IMG/VR virus record: IMGVR_UViG_3300017754_002612
Coordinates: 1 to 43,550 of that record
Source of the DNA: a virus
Reading direction: 5' to 3' (one strand)
Length of the DNA: 43,550 nucleotides
Below are positions 25,394 to 34,543 of this stretch, one piece after another (within the stretch, counting starts at the first letter, position 1; every line of letters starts with the position of its first letter). The position numbers and the translations under genes were made by a program. Under the pieces are notes generated by a model, which worked only from the letters and a program-made list of their open reading frames with translations, did no database searches and was not told the origin of the DNA.

Positions 25394-26979
25394 GGCCCGT
25401 AACTCACTGCTGTGCGGTTTCCGCTCGCGTCAACTGTCCCATATATCTGGTCCTGACTATCGTCTACGCTGCGGAAAACCGGGTTGCTGGGCGCGCCACT
25501 TACCTTACCGGCGACGGAAGCGGCAAGAATGCGCAACAGGCGCTCCGCCGTGAATCCAGAGATGATTTCGTAATTCCAGACCGCAGCAGGGTCCGCCGAC
25601 CCACCGCTCCCTGTGGAGGTGACTGCAATCGCCGTGATGTTTGGCACACCCGCCAGCATGTCTTGCACGACCGCTGCGATTTCGGTAGTTGCCAGGATTT
25701 GTTCGATGGTCGCAGCCCCGGCTAGCACCTCTTGCGTCGCTGCTAAGTAGTCCAGCACCAGGGCGAGCTGATCGACCACGGGAGCCCCGGTGGCGAGGTC
25801 CTGCGCTCCTACGGCGTAATCAATGGCCCCGGTGTTTTCCGTGGCCGTGATCTGGTCCACGACCGGAGCACTTGTCGTGATGCCCTGCGGCGCAAGGACG
25901 GCATCCGTGGCGGCCGTGATCTGATCCACGACCGGGGCGACCGTGACAACAGCCTGCACACCCGCGACGTAATCCAGAGCCAGTGCCAGTTGATCAATGA
26001 CGGGGGTGCCTGCTGTGATGTCTTGCGCGCCTATGGCGTAGTCAATCGCCCCCGTGTTTTCCGTGGCCGTGATCTGGTCCACGACCGGAGCACTTGTCGT
26101 GATGTCCTGCGATCCTGCAACCACGTCCTGCGCAACAGCGACTTGATCGACGACGGGGGTGCCGGTGAGGACAGTCTGAACGTCCGCAGGATAGTCGGTG
26201 GGGGAACCCGACGCAGCCTTGATCGCCAGCAGATACGGTTGCAGATTGGCGCTGATCGCGATGGGATCGTTAGTGACGGGCAACGAGCCGGCAATCGTGC
26301 CCTGGCACATGGGCGCGACAACGTTTACGACCACCTCGCCTGCATTGAGGCTAGTCAGCGGATAGTAGACGCGAGGCCGGAGGACACGGGGATCGAGGCC
26401 TTTGGAGATGCGCGCAATCTCGGTCTCAGTGAGCTGCCTATTCCAGACTGCGAAGTGCGCAAGATCACCGGCGAATTGCGTGCTGGTAGTGGTGGACTGA
26501 TTTCCCGCTTGGCCGATTCGGAGGCTGCCGGCATTGGTAAACGTGTCGATTCGATCGAGTGACCAGCCCGAAGCCGAGGTTGATCCGACAAAGACGCCAT
26601 CCGCAAAATACCGCACGCGACGCGAGGCGAAGTGGAAGATCGCAACGAGGTGAACCCAGCGCTCAGTCGGCAGTTTGTAGGTCGTGTAGCCGACCTGATC
26701 GCTGTCAAAATAATATGCGCGACTCGACGACCCGAGATTGCCAGAGGCGTCGGTTTTCAGAGTGATGTGCGCCGTGCTCGAAGAGCCCAGGCCGCACAGT
26801 CCGTCCGTCAGTGCAGTCGCCGTGGCGGCGTACGTTCCGCGTGCCCTGGCCCAGATCGAATACGTGATCGCTGTCGGCCCGCTGCCGCTGGCTCGCCCCG
26901 TTCCAAACGTGGAATTGTCGAAAAACCCACTTGCGGTGGTGAACGTGTTCGACGTGTTTTTTGTGAACGTGCGGGCCAC
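25390..26979 (-). CDS. LamG/concanavalin-like domain protein with a tandem-repeat stalk (fibre or host-recognition candidate)
   Basis: The N-terminal WVHLVAIF...YFADGVFVG...LRIGQ...FAGDLAHFAVWNRQLTETEI pattern is typical of Laminin_G_3-type jelly rolls. About eight xPVVDQ(I/L)(T/A)... units follow. Confidence 0.55.
   Translation of the reverse strand: MARTFTKNTSNTFTTASGFFDNSTFGTGRASGSGPTAITYSIWARARGTYAATATALTDGLCGLGSSSTAHITLKTDASGNLGSSSRAYYFDSDQVGYTTYKLPTERWVHLVAIFHFASRRVRYFADGVFVGSTSASGWSLDRIDTFTNAGSLRIGQAGNQSTTTSTQFAGDLAHFAVWNRQLTETEIARISKGLDPRVLRPRVYYPLTSLNAGEVVVNVVAPMCQGTIAGSLPVTNDPIAISANLQPYLLAIKAASGSPTDYPADVQTVLTGTPVVDQVAVAQDVVAGSQDITTSAPVVDQITATENTGAIDYAIGAQDITAGTPVIDQLALALDYVAGVQAVVTVAPVVDQITAATDAVLAPQGITTSAPVVDQITATENTGAIDYAVGAQDLATGAPVVDQLALVLDYLAATQEVLAGAATIEQILATTEIAAVVQDMLAGVPNITAIAVTSTGSGGSADPAAVWNYEIISGFTAERLLRILAASVAGKVSGAPSNPVFRSVDDSQDQIYGTVDASGNRTAVSYGP
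25813..25882. repeat. 70-bp direct repeat, copy 1, inside the LamG-repeat gene
   Basis: The 3' 50 nt are identical to copy 2 and the 5' 20 nt differ at 3 positions. The offset is 222 bp (74 codons). Confidence 0.9.
26035..26104. repeat. 70-bp direct repeat, copy 2
   Basis: See copy 1. Confidence 0.9.
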
Positions 26980-26991
26980 GCTGGGTGGCCT

Positions 26992-27363
26992 TTACTGCGG
27001 GGTCACAACGAGGTCATACCAAGCCGCGACTGTGACCGCCTGCCCGGTGTGACTGCCAGCATTGACGCGCCAAGTGCCGATCGGGAATGGCACGTCGAAC
27101 GAGAATTGAAACACACCGCTATTCGCGCCGCCGCCAGAGAACCCAAGTCCCGTGTCGATCCAGGTCGTTCCGCCATCTGGCGTTACCTCCAGGGCGACGC
27201 GCATCGGGATCGTCGGTCCGGTTGCGCCGTTGGTGATACGACCATAGACCGTGGCCGCGAAGTTGGTGTCTAGCATCGTCACACTCGACGACTGCACCGA
27301 CGAGCCGGCAGACACCGATTGGCTGGAGATTGCTACCGTTCCGGCAGTGCGATCGATTGGCAT
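26992..27363 (-). CDS. Hypothetical structural protein (123 aa, beta-sandwich-like)
   Basis: ORF with a TAATG overlap to the upstream gene. Confidence 0.6.
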   Translation of the reverse strand: MPIDRTAGTVAISSQSVSAGSSVQSSSVTMLDTNFAATVYGRITNGATGPTIPMRVALEVTPDGGTTWIDTGLGFSGGGANSGVFQFSFDVPFPIGTWRVNAGSHTGQAVTVAAWYDLVVTPQ

Positions 27364-27806
27364 TAGAGGCTCCTGGCGTGGGCCACGTCGTAGACGGTGA
27401 TTTGGGGCCAGCCGATCTGCGCTGCCCTAGTAGTGGTCGAGTCCCCGAGCGCAAGGATCGCAGTCTTGTCGGCTTGGCTCAGGAGTCCCGCCGCGACGAC
27501 GACATCGAGCATTGCAGTCAGCGCTGCGTACACGTCGGGCGAGGTGTATTCGAGAGTTTCGAATCCACCCGGCGCAAGCGCCTCAAAGGCCGTCCGGCAC
27601 ACGGCAGCCGCGCTATCGGTCCCCTCTGCGGCAATTTTCATCAGACCGATCTTGCCGGTCGTGATTAGATACCGGCGCAGGGCCTTGACCTCGGGGTTGA
27701 TCCTGATCGGGATCGGAGCCAGCAGGGCCTCAAGCGCCTGCTGGTTGGTGAGGCCACTGTAGTCGGGGTCAGCAAGCTCTGCGGCGAGTGTGCTGTAGGT
27801 GGACAT
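27363..27806 (-). CDS. Hypothetical protein (147 aa)
   Basis: ORF in the late operon. Confidence 0.6.
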   Translation of the reverse strand: MSTYSTLAAELADPDYSGLTNQQALEALLAPIPIRINPEVKALRRYLITTGKIGLMKIAAEGTDSAAAVCRTAFEALAPGGFETLEYTSPDVYAALTAMLDVVVAAGLLSQADKTAILALGDSTTTRAAQIGWPQITVYDVAHARSL

Positions 27807-27824
27807 GCGGCCTCCTGTAGCTGA

Positions 27825-28223
27825 TTAGGTTGGCGCTGGGATGCCCATCTTATGCGATGAGCAAGACCATGTGTTCGTGCCGGGGCTGGCCAAGGCCACG
27901 CTGGACGACAGCTGGCGCACAGCCAGCAGGCGCGTGTTGACCGTGTCGACGTAGGCAGCGTGGGTGGCGGTGCCGGCGCTTGTGATCGTGCCGCCGCTCA
28001 CCGCCGGGGCGGTCACCTCGCGCCCGCCGCCGGAGCGGTTTGCTGGCGATCCGATAGCGTAGCTGGTTTTTTCCGCGAGTTTGTAGGTGGTGTTTGCCTC
28101 GGTGTAGGTCGTCGGGCTGGCCGAGCACAGCACGATCTTGTCCACTTCGGTGTCGAGGATTGACAGGCCGGAATCGAATACCCGATCTTCAAGCGCGTGG
28201 TTGGTGGTGCCTTGCAGTGCCAT
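27825..28223 (-). CDS. Hypothetical protein (132 aa)
   Basis: ORF in the late operon. Confidence 0.6.
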   Translation of the reverse strand: MALQGTTNHALEDRVFDSGLSILDTEVDKIVLCSASPTTYTEANTTYKLAEKTSYAIGSPANRSGGGREVTAPAVSGGTITSAGTATHAAYVDTVNTRLLAVRQLSSSVALASPGTNTWSCSSHKMGIPAPT

Positions 28224-28226
28224 GGG

Positions 28227-28469
28227 TCAAGCCTCCAGAATTGCAGTGAGTTCGGCAATATAGGCGGATAGCCGCTGCTGCGCTGTCTCTGCGTCTGCCT
28301 CTTCGGCCAGGGCTTGCTCTAAAGCCGATTTTGCAGCGACGGAGGCAGCGCGAGCCGCAATCACTCGCTGCTGCTGTGCTGGAATGCGCTTCTGATAGCG
28401 ATTCAGCGCTATTTGTAATTCTTCCCGAGTAGGCGGCGTGGCTGGACGGTCTTGGATAGTCACCTGCAT
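28227..28469 (-). CDS. Hypothetical coiled-coil protein (80 aa)
   Basis: ORF in the late operon. Confidence 0.55.
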   Translation of the reverse strand: MQVTIQDRPATPPTREELQIALNRYQKRIPAQQQRVIAARAASVAAKSALEQALAEEADAETAQQRLSAYIAELTAILEA

Positions 28470-28525
28470 AGCTCAGTCTTTTCGTATGGTAAACCAGCCC
28501 ACGGGAATGTAGGGCGAGTCATGGG

Positions 28526-28999
28526 TTAGCGCCCTGCAATGGCGGCGATGGCCGCGTTGATGTCGGCGAGCTTCTTCTCCGCCACGACAATGGCGGCTTC
28601 GGTGTCGGCCAGCTTCTTCTCCGCCGCTGCGTTCTTCGACTCGTAGGTCTTAACGGCGGTATCGGTGGCTTCCTTGATGTCTTCCAGCTTGTCCTTGGCC
28701 TTCTTGATCTCGTCGGCGTGCTTGGCCTTGAGGGCCGCCACCTCGGATTGGACTGCGGCAGCGTGGTCGTCCGCGCCCTTGACGATCTCCGCCGCCCGCG
28801 CAGTGGCGTCGGCAACCGCTTTGGCGGCGGCGGCGTTTGCGTCCTCTACCGCTTTGCGGGAGGTGGCAAACTCAGCCACGACGGCCTTCTGTCGGGATTC
28901 AGCGGTGGCGGCCACTTCGACGATCTGCTCCAACGACGCCAGGGCCGAGAAAGCACGCCCGATGCGCTGGAGTTCAGAGATAGCTTCGGAAGCGGTCAT
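28526..28999 (-). CDS. Alanine-rich coiled-coil protein (157 aa)
   Basis: A/K/E-rich ORF with repeated AEKKLAD. Confidence 0.6.
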   Translation of the reverse strand: MTASEAISELQRIGRAFSALASLEQIVEVAATAESRQKAVVAEFATSRKAVEDANAAAAKAVADATARAAEIVKGADDHAAAVQSEVAALKAKHADEIKKAKDKLEDIKEATDTAVKTYESKNAAAEKKLADTEAAIVVAEKKLADINAAIAAIAGR

Positions 29000-29069
29000 G
29001 GCGTTGCTTTCTTAGACGTATGACTACCAAGTTCGTTTAAAAAATCAACAAATAATTTCTTTTAATGCG

Positions 29070-29276
29070 CTAGTCGTCTAATTTTTTGGCAATGATGATG
29101 GTTGTGGCTTCCTGAGCCTTGCGCTTACGTAGGATGACGGCTGTACCGTCTCGACCGGCTCCTGCTGCATCACGGGCCATCTGGCGGGCGATAGCGATAT
29201 GGGGATCGCCAGGGCGCGACACGCTCCGGATTAAATCGGCCAGCACGTCAGAGCCCTGGCTTTGATGGTGCGACAT
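29070..29276 (-). CDS. Hypothetical protein (68 aa)
   Basis: ORF with a 29-nt overlap to the upstream gene. Confidence 0.45.
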   Translation of the reverse strand: MSHHQSQGSDVLADLIRSVSRPGDPHIAIARQMARDAAGAGRDGTAVILRKRKAQEATTIIIAKKLDD

Positions 29277-29706
29277 TCGTTTTGCCGCGTTTCAAGCGAC
29301 TCAGGAATTTCGGAAGCGGCGCGTCTGGATTATGGACACGCGACAAAGCCAGATAACCGATGCCACCAACGGCAAGCACCAAGCTGGCAATAAAGGCCCA
29401 TTTGGTGGCGGCAACAATGGTTGGCAGTACGAGGAAGCATGCTGCCAGGCCGACGCAGCCAAGGCTGGCAGTGGCGGCGGCTGCGTATTCTCGGAGGAAG
29501 GCAAAGACGACGAAGCACCCGATGGCGGCAAGACCGGCGATTCCGGCGAGCCATTCACTGATGCCCCAGGTGGCCACTTCGGGGCGCAACTCCCCAGGCC
29601 CAGGTTCGATGCGGGGCGCGCATCCGCACAAGAGCACAGCAAGCAGAATAACGCCAATGCTGGCAATAACCAACTCGCGAAATGGCGGCTTTTGTGCATC
29701 ATTCAT
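29248..29706 (-). CDS. Four-TM membrane protein, holin candidate (152 aa)
   Basis: Four hydrophobic segments and a charged C-terminus (RLKRGKTNVAPSKPGL). The N-terminal segment ends in LLCGC. Third-codon usage fits this frame. Confidence 0.5.
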   Translation of the reverse strand: MNDAQKPPFRELVIASIGVILLAVLLCGCAPRIEPGPGELRPEVATWGISEWLAGIAGLAAIGCFVVFAFLREYAAAATASLGCVGLAACFLVLPTIVAATKWAFIASLVLAVGGIGYLALSRVHNPDAPLPKFLSRLKRGKTNVAPSKPGL

Positions 29707-30008
29707 TTCTTCACATCCATGGAGTAAGCTTCTATGAAGCTGGATCTGCTTTCCCTGGCTGTCCTGACATCGATGCGATTGATGGTGATTTCCATATTAG
29801 CGAGACGGGCCGACATCTCTTCCATTTTTGCGGCCTGCTTTTCTTTTGAGTCACGCAAATCGCTCAGATTGTTATGTACATTTGTGCACCAGATAACTGC
29901 GCCAATAAGCGTGCTGCCTATGCCAATGATGGTCTTTATGTTGGTTTTGACCCGCGTGTCTTCAGTGAGGGCTGGAAGAGCGCCGGGGGTGAGGCTGGGC
30001 TTAGTCAC
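29703..30008 (-). CDS. Type II membrane protein with a coiled-coil ectodomain (i-spanin-like or holin-like, 101 aa)
   Basis: One TM segment (IIGIGSTLIGAVIWC) followed by about 55 aa of charged helical sequence. ATGA overlap with the next gene. Confidence 0.4.
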   Translation of the reverse strand: MTKPSLTPGALPALTEDTRVKTNIKTIIGIGSTLIGAVIWCTNVHNNLSDLRDSKEKQAAKMEEMSARLANMEITINRIDVRTARESRSSFIEAYSMDVKK

Positions 30009-30415
30009 GGTAGTTGTACCTGTGGAAGTTCTTTAAGGAGTGATTCAATGGTCGGCTCAGTTCGACGACCGCTCAAAACGTCATCGAGTACCTGATACGC
30101 CGCAGCCCAGACCAACGAGCGCCAAGCGCGGAAGGCGCGGCCCTCGGTCTGGAATTTCAATACGGCGGATTCGTCGGCGTAGGTGACGGCGGTCGAAATG
30201 TCATCGTAACCACGAGCCTGGGCGGCACTGTCGAGGAGACGTTGAATGGATGCGACAAACGCGGCGCGTTTAACTGGAATTGGATCGACCGCTGAAGCTG
30301 GATTGATTGTGCCGCTTTTCAATGCCTCTTGATAATCGCGGTTGGCAGGATCTTTGGGAATGCTTGCCTTATCGGATTCACGACGGATAGAATTTGTGTA
30401 ATCGGTATAAATCAT
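30005..30415 (-). CDS. DUF4376-like tail-fibre-associated protein (136 aa)
   Basis: Start taken at MIYTDYTN (ATGA overlap with the fibre stop). ARGYDDISTAVTYADES...FQTEGRAFRAWRSLVWAAAYQVLDDVLSG...LLKELP matches my recollection of DUF4376. Confidence 0.5.
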   Translation of the reverse strand: MIYTDYTNSIRRESDKASIPKDPANRDYQEALKSGTINPASAVDPIPVKRAAFVASIQRLLDSAAQARGYDDISTAVTYADESAVLKFQTEGRAFRAWRSLVWAAAYQVLDDVLSGRRTEPTIESLLKELPQVQLP

Positions 30416-32811
30416 AATTCCGCCGAGAATGCCAGCCAAGCCGTTAGACGATTTGCCGCTTCAAGTCGCATCGAGCGAAATTGAGTAAGTCCGCCGCCAG
30501 TGCTCATTTGCACTTGTTGCAATTGTCGGCCTGCTTGTGTCCCGCTGAAACTAATGCTGGTGACAGCCGTAATCGTGCTCGAATCGCTGACGTTAAAATC
30601 AGCAAGGGCTGAGAAGCTCAAAGTAGGGCTTGCACGCATTTCGACATCTGGCGGAATCAGCACATCCACAATGGCAGTAGTTGCGGCAAGGCCGTATCCG
30701 AATGTCTGGAAAAGTCCGTCGGAACTATTAATTCTGCGGTAATACCTTTTGCATAATGCCAGCTCGACCTGCGGTGGACGAATCTCCATCGGCGTATTGA
30801 CCTGACCTGAAGCGGCAACTTCTTTGACTTCTACTTCTGAAAAGTCGATCGTGCACGTGGTGTTGAGAGGCAGATTCAGCAGGAGCGCCAGGTAGTCGTC
30901 GCGGTTTGTGCCGACCGTTTTCCCGCTGATCGATGGAAGGGTGATGGTCTGAGTGAATTGCTGCCACGATGTCGTCAGTGCGCAGGTTGTTCCGCTTGTG
31001 GTCACGGCTCCAGATGGAGTGCCGCCAGTGCCGAAAACCTGTGCAAGCTGCGGCAGGACATTGCGAGCCGCGTCGGCCTTTGCCCAAAAAGTGACTTGTA
31101 CACGCTTGCCCGCCAAGGTTCGCACTGATTCAATGGCTTGAATGAGAGTCCTAAACGTACCGCCTGCCCCGGCACTCGTCACCTGATAGCGCAGGAAGTA
31201 CTCGGGCTCGGTTGGGATAGCCGCCAACGTGTGAGCCTGACGGCTGATAGTTGCTACGCCGGTTCCGTCGAAGTTTTGCGTCCACCGATCAGCGTGGTAG
31301 GTATTGGTGGCAAAGGCTGCAAAACTCGTCCCTCGCTGCCAAATATCAAAACGCGGATTTATCAGCTTGTTTTGGAAGCTGGCGCATGGTTGGACTTCGA
31401 TAAGTGGAATGGTGCCGGTGACGTCTTGTGCAGTATAGGTGCGGGGGGCGGTGAAGTCACCGGAGAGGGTGATGGAGCCGCCTGAAGAATTTGCTGCATT
31501 GCTGGTTGAGGTAGCGATTGCCGCGAATACTCCATTGCCGCAGGCTATAGCTTGCCAGTTGTTTGTTCCAATAAGTGTGCGTGCAGTCCAGGTGACGCCG
31601 TCTGGAGACGATGCGGCAAAAGTACCAGATGTCGAAGCTATGGCTACAAAAACACCATTTCCGAATGCTATTGCCTGCCAGTCCCTTGAACTTGGCAAAG
31701 TGCTTGATGACCAATTAATTCCGTTCGCTGAATAAATAACGGTATTTGTGGCTCCGGTGGCAACAGCTACGAAGGTTCCATTGCCGTAAACAACCGATGA
31801 TAAACTGAGGGAGCCAGGAAGCGTGCGAGCTGTCCAGATTAATCCATCAGATGAAGTTGCACCATTGGACGTAGTGCCGACTACAAGAAAAATGCCGTTA
31901 CCATACGTAACAGCGCTCCATACGCTTGAACTTGGCAGGGTGCCTGATGTCCAGGTGACGCCGTCTGGAGATGTAGCGGATAGGGTTGATGATGCGGCTA
32001 CTGCGACAAATACACCGTTGCCAAAAGTTACAGACGCCCACGTAGACGAAGCTGGGAGCGCCTGAGTGGTCCAGGTTGCTCCGCCATTTGTGCTTTTTGC
32101 CACTACCCCATTTTGGGCAATTGCTAAAAATATGCCGTTACCATAGGCAATAGAGATCCATGGCGATACACTTGGCATCGTTCTGGAGGTCCAGCTAGTC
32201 CCATTGGTCGAAGATGCGGCTGAGGTAGAATTATACGCAACGGCTACAAAGGTGCCGTTACCATGTGCGATTGCCTGCCAGTTTGCTGAACTTGGAAGTG
32301 TATTTGATGCCCAGGTGTATCCGCCGATTTGCGTGAGCGGATTGGAAAACTCTTGGAGCGTGCAATTCCAACCAAATGCGTTGGGAATTTGCGAAGTCAG
32401 CGCAATAGTACCGGACGCATCGGGAGCGGTCAGGGTTCGCGATGAGGTAAGCGTCGTCGGCGTAATAGTCGTGGTGAATGACGACGTTCCACCAGCGCGA
32501 CCCACGAGCGCAACGCCGTCTTGGGTCGCCGCCTGGCGCGTAGTGACGCCACTGGAGTTTTGAAATGTATTGGCCCCGGTGTATGTGCTGCCGACTTCTA
32601 GAAGCGGAACGGTTCCGGTCGCATCCTGAAATGTCACCGTGCGAAGCGCAGTGAGAGTGCCGGTAAAGGTAAGAACATTGCCGGATACCGTGCTGCCCAG
32701 AAAGGTATCGCCAAGAGTCAGTAAGCCCGTGGCAATCGGAATCCGTCCGGAAGTCAGCGACCCGCTAGATGGCGTAATTGTGTTGCCAGTACCAACGGCG
32801 TCTAGTGACAT
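30412..32811 (-). CDS. Tail fibre / receptor-binding protein with a seven-blade beta-propeller-type repeat region (799 aa)
   Basis: Seven copies of W-x-(A/S)(I/V)-x-(Y/F/H/C)GNG-x-F-(V/L/A)-A/V-(V/I), each followed by DG/NG-x-(T/I)-W-(T/S). A distinct C-terminal domain of about 330 aa follows. Confidence 0.6.
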   Translation of the reverse strand: MSLDAVGTGNTITPSSGSLTSGRIPIATGLLTLGDTFLGSTVSGNVLTFTGTLTALRTVTFQDATGTVPLLEVGSTYTGANTFQNSSGVTTRQAATQDGVALVGRAGGTSSFTTTITPTTLTSSRTLTAPDASGTIALTSQIPNAFGWNCTLQEFSNPLTQIGGYTWASNTLPSSANWQAIAHGNGTFVAVAYNSTSAASSTNGTSWTSRTMPSVSPWISIAYGNGIFLAIAQNGVVAKSTNGGATWTTQALPASSTWASVTFGNGVFVAVAASSTLSATSPDGVTWTSGTLPSSSVWSAVTYGNGIFLVVGTTSNGATSSDGLIWTARTLPGSLSLSSVVYGNGTFVAVATGATNTVIYSANGINWSSSTLPSSRDWQAIAFGNGVFVAIASTSGTFAASSPDGVTWTARTLIGTNNWQAIACGNGVFAAIATSTSNAANSSGGSITLSGDFTAPRTYTAQDVTGTIPLIEVQPCASFQNKLINPRFDIWQRGTSFAAFATNTYHADRWTQNFDGTGVATISRQAHTLAAIPTEPEYFLRYQVTSAGAGGTFRTLIQAIESVRTLAGKRVQVTFWAKADAARNVLPQLAQVFGTGGTPSGAVTTSGTTCALTTSWQQFTQTITLPSISGKTVGTNRDDYLALLLNLPLNTTCTIDFSEVEVKEVAASGQVNTPMEIRPPQVELALCKRYYRRINSSDGLFQTFGYGLAATTAIVDVLIPPDVEMRASPTLSFSALADFNVSDSSTITAVTSISFSGTQAGRQLQQVQMSTGGGLTQFRSMRLEAANRLTAWLAFSAEL

Positions 32812-32860
32812 GTCGTATTTCTATACATCATCGTATAAAAACACAACAAACGATTGAAAA

Positions 32861-34543
32861 TTACCACCCTAGCGGCACTGTAGGTAGACTCCTCATGCCG
32901 TTCTGCTCAAACATTGAGCGATTTGCTGACTCGCGTAGCCGTATGACATGGAGGCGCTGCTCTGGGTCCATGTCGTCGGTGAGGCGGAAAGGATCTGGTT
33001 TTTCGGGATGGCGGGGCTTGCCGGGGCCTTGGGAAAGTCGGACGGAGCGCTGGGTATTCGGCTCCCGGTCAGCCCAGGCGGGTTGCCGGCTAATGAGGTA
33101 GCGCACCGGGTCAACGAGATCGTCGTCTTGGCGGTAGATGTTGTGACCGCGTAGGGATGCACCCTTTTGTTCGATCTTGCGCCGGTACTTGGCCAACTGC
33201 TCCACCAGCATGCCGGTACCATTCTTCTCGTCCGGTGTGTCAATGACCAGGAGGGGATCGCGGGTCTTATCCACCGGATCGGGGTCCAGGTAACGCTGCA
33301 TTAGGGGCAGGGTGTCCTCATAGCGATTGCGGCCCATCATAACGCCGCGCATGGACTTCACCTCCATACGGCGCAGGAGTTCTTCCATCTGATAGGCAAG
33401 TGATTCGCCGCGGCTGTGCTCGGTCTTGAGGGAGGCGGGGTCAAAGACAAGCCCTTCAAGCCAGCGCCCATTGAGCCACATGGCAATTTGATTGGCGACG
33501 TAATCCAGGGTTTTCTTGCGGTCGCGGTAGCACTGGACAACCCGGAGACGGTTCGGGTGGAACTGATCCTGGACGGCGAAGACGAGGCCGTATGGGTGAT
33601 CCCACCCCGGATCCCAGGCGCACCAGATATTCTGCTTAGGGTGATACTCTTCAGCGGGAATGACGTGGCGCTCGCGGCTCCATTGGTTGCGGAAGATCAG
33701 GAGGTCATGGGTTGCCCCGGCGGTGCCATCGAGGCGGATTGCAGCCTCCTCATCCGACATGGAATTACGCATCGCATTGCGCACATCCATGGAAACGGCG
33801 GGGTTTTCGGAGGGATGGATCCAGAACACCCGGTGATCGGGAAGATTCTGATCGCAACGGCGCTTAAACTCCTCAAATTCATCGTTGACGAGGGTTGCGG
33901 TTGCTACCCAAGTGCGACTTCCGCCCCATGAACGATTTTCACGGGCCCTGGTGGTACGCGCCTTGGAGAGACGCAGGGTGATTTCAACGCCCAGGCTTTC
34001 ATTCCCGACTGCTTCGTCTTGAAACACTTCATCGAACGGGAAGCCCTGGATGCGTTCCCAGGCGTGGGGATCCGCTGAGAGCATAATGAGGAGTTCGGAT
34101 TCGTTTTTTAGGACCAACTTACCGGGGAATTTACCCTGAGGGCTGTAATTCCAGGAGATGTGCTGGATTTCTGACTTGGGAATGAGCGGACGGCCAGCAA
34201 GTGAGACATCCCCCACCTTGTGCTGGATGTCAGAGGCAGTCATCAGGCGCTTACCCCAGATACCGGCAGCCTGGGTGCGTGATGGAACGATGACCAGGAT
34301 GGAGACGGGGCCAAACCAGGGCTTGTGGATATGGATCCCACGGAGCATGGCCGCGCATTCAGCAACAGCGACGGTCGTTTTACCGCCCTGATTGGCCGTG
34401 GTGACCAGCCGATTGAGAGTGGAGTCCTTGAGGATTTCCTGCTGAGTCGTCGTTGCCAATTCTTCCATGAAGCGACGGCAGGGATCGAGCGAGCGCATCT
34501 CCTGGAGACGCTTGGCCGCTTCCGCCTTGGTGGGCCTACCCAT
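32861..34543 (-). CDS. terL: Terminase large subunit
   Basis: Walker A-like NQGGKTT, Walker B-like VFQDEAVG and a C-terminal nuclease-like WDPGWDHPYGLVFAV. 560 aa, overlapping the small upstream gene. Confidence 0.8.
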   Translation of the reverse strand: MGRPTKAEAAKRLQEMRSLDPCRRFMEELATTTQQEILKDSTLNRLVTTANQGGKTTVAVAECAAMLRGIHIHKPWFGPVSILVIVPSRTQAAGIWGKRLMTASDIQHKVGDVSLAGRPLIPKSEIQHISWNYSPQGKFPGKLVLKNESELLIMLSADPHAWERIQGFPFDEVFQDEAVGNESLGVEITLRLSKARTTRARENRSWGGSRTWVATATLVNDEFEEFKRRCDQNLPDHRVFWIHPSENPAVSMDVRNAMRNSMSDEEAAIRLDGTAGATHDLLIFRNQWSRERHVIPAEEYHPKQNIWCAWDPGWDHPYGLVFAVQDQFHPNRLRVVQCYRDRKKTLDYVANQIAMWLNGRWLEGLVFDPASLKTEHSRGESLAYQMEELLRRMEVKSMRGVMMGRNRYEDTLPLMQRYLDPDPVDKTRDPLLVIDTPDEKNGTGMLVEQLAKYRRKIEQKGASLRGHNIYRQDDDLVDPVRYLISRQPAWADREPNTQRSVRLSQGPGKPRHPEKPDPFRLTDDMDPEQRLHVIRLRESANRSMFEQNGMRSLPTVPLGW

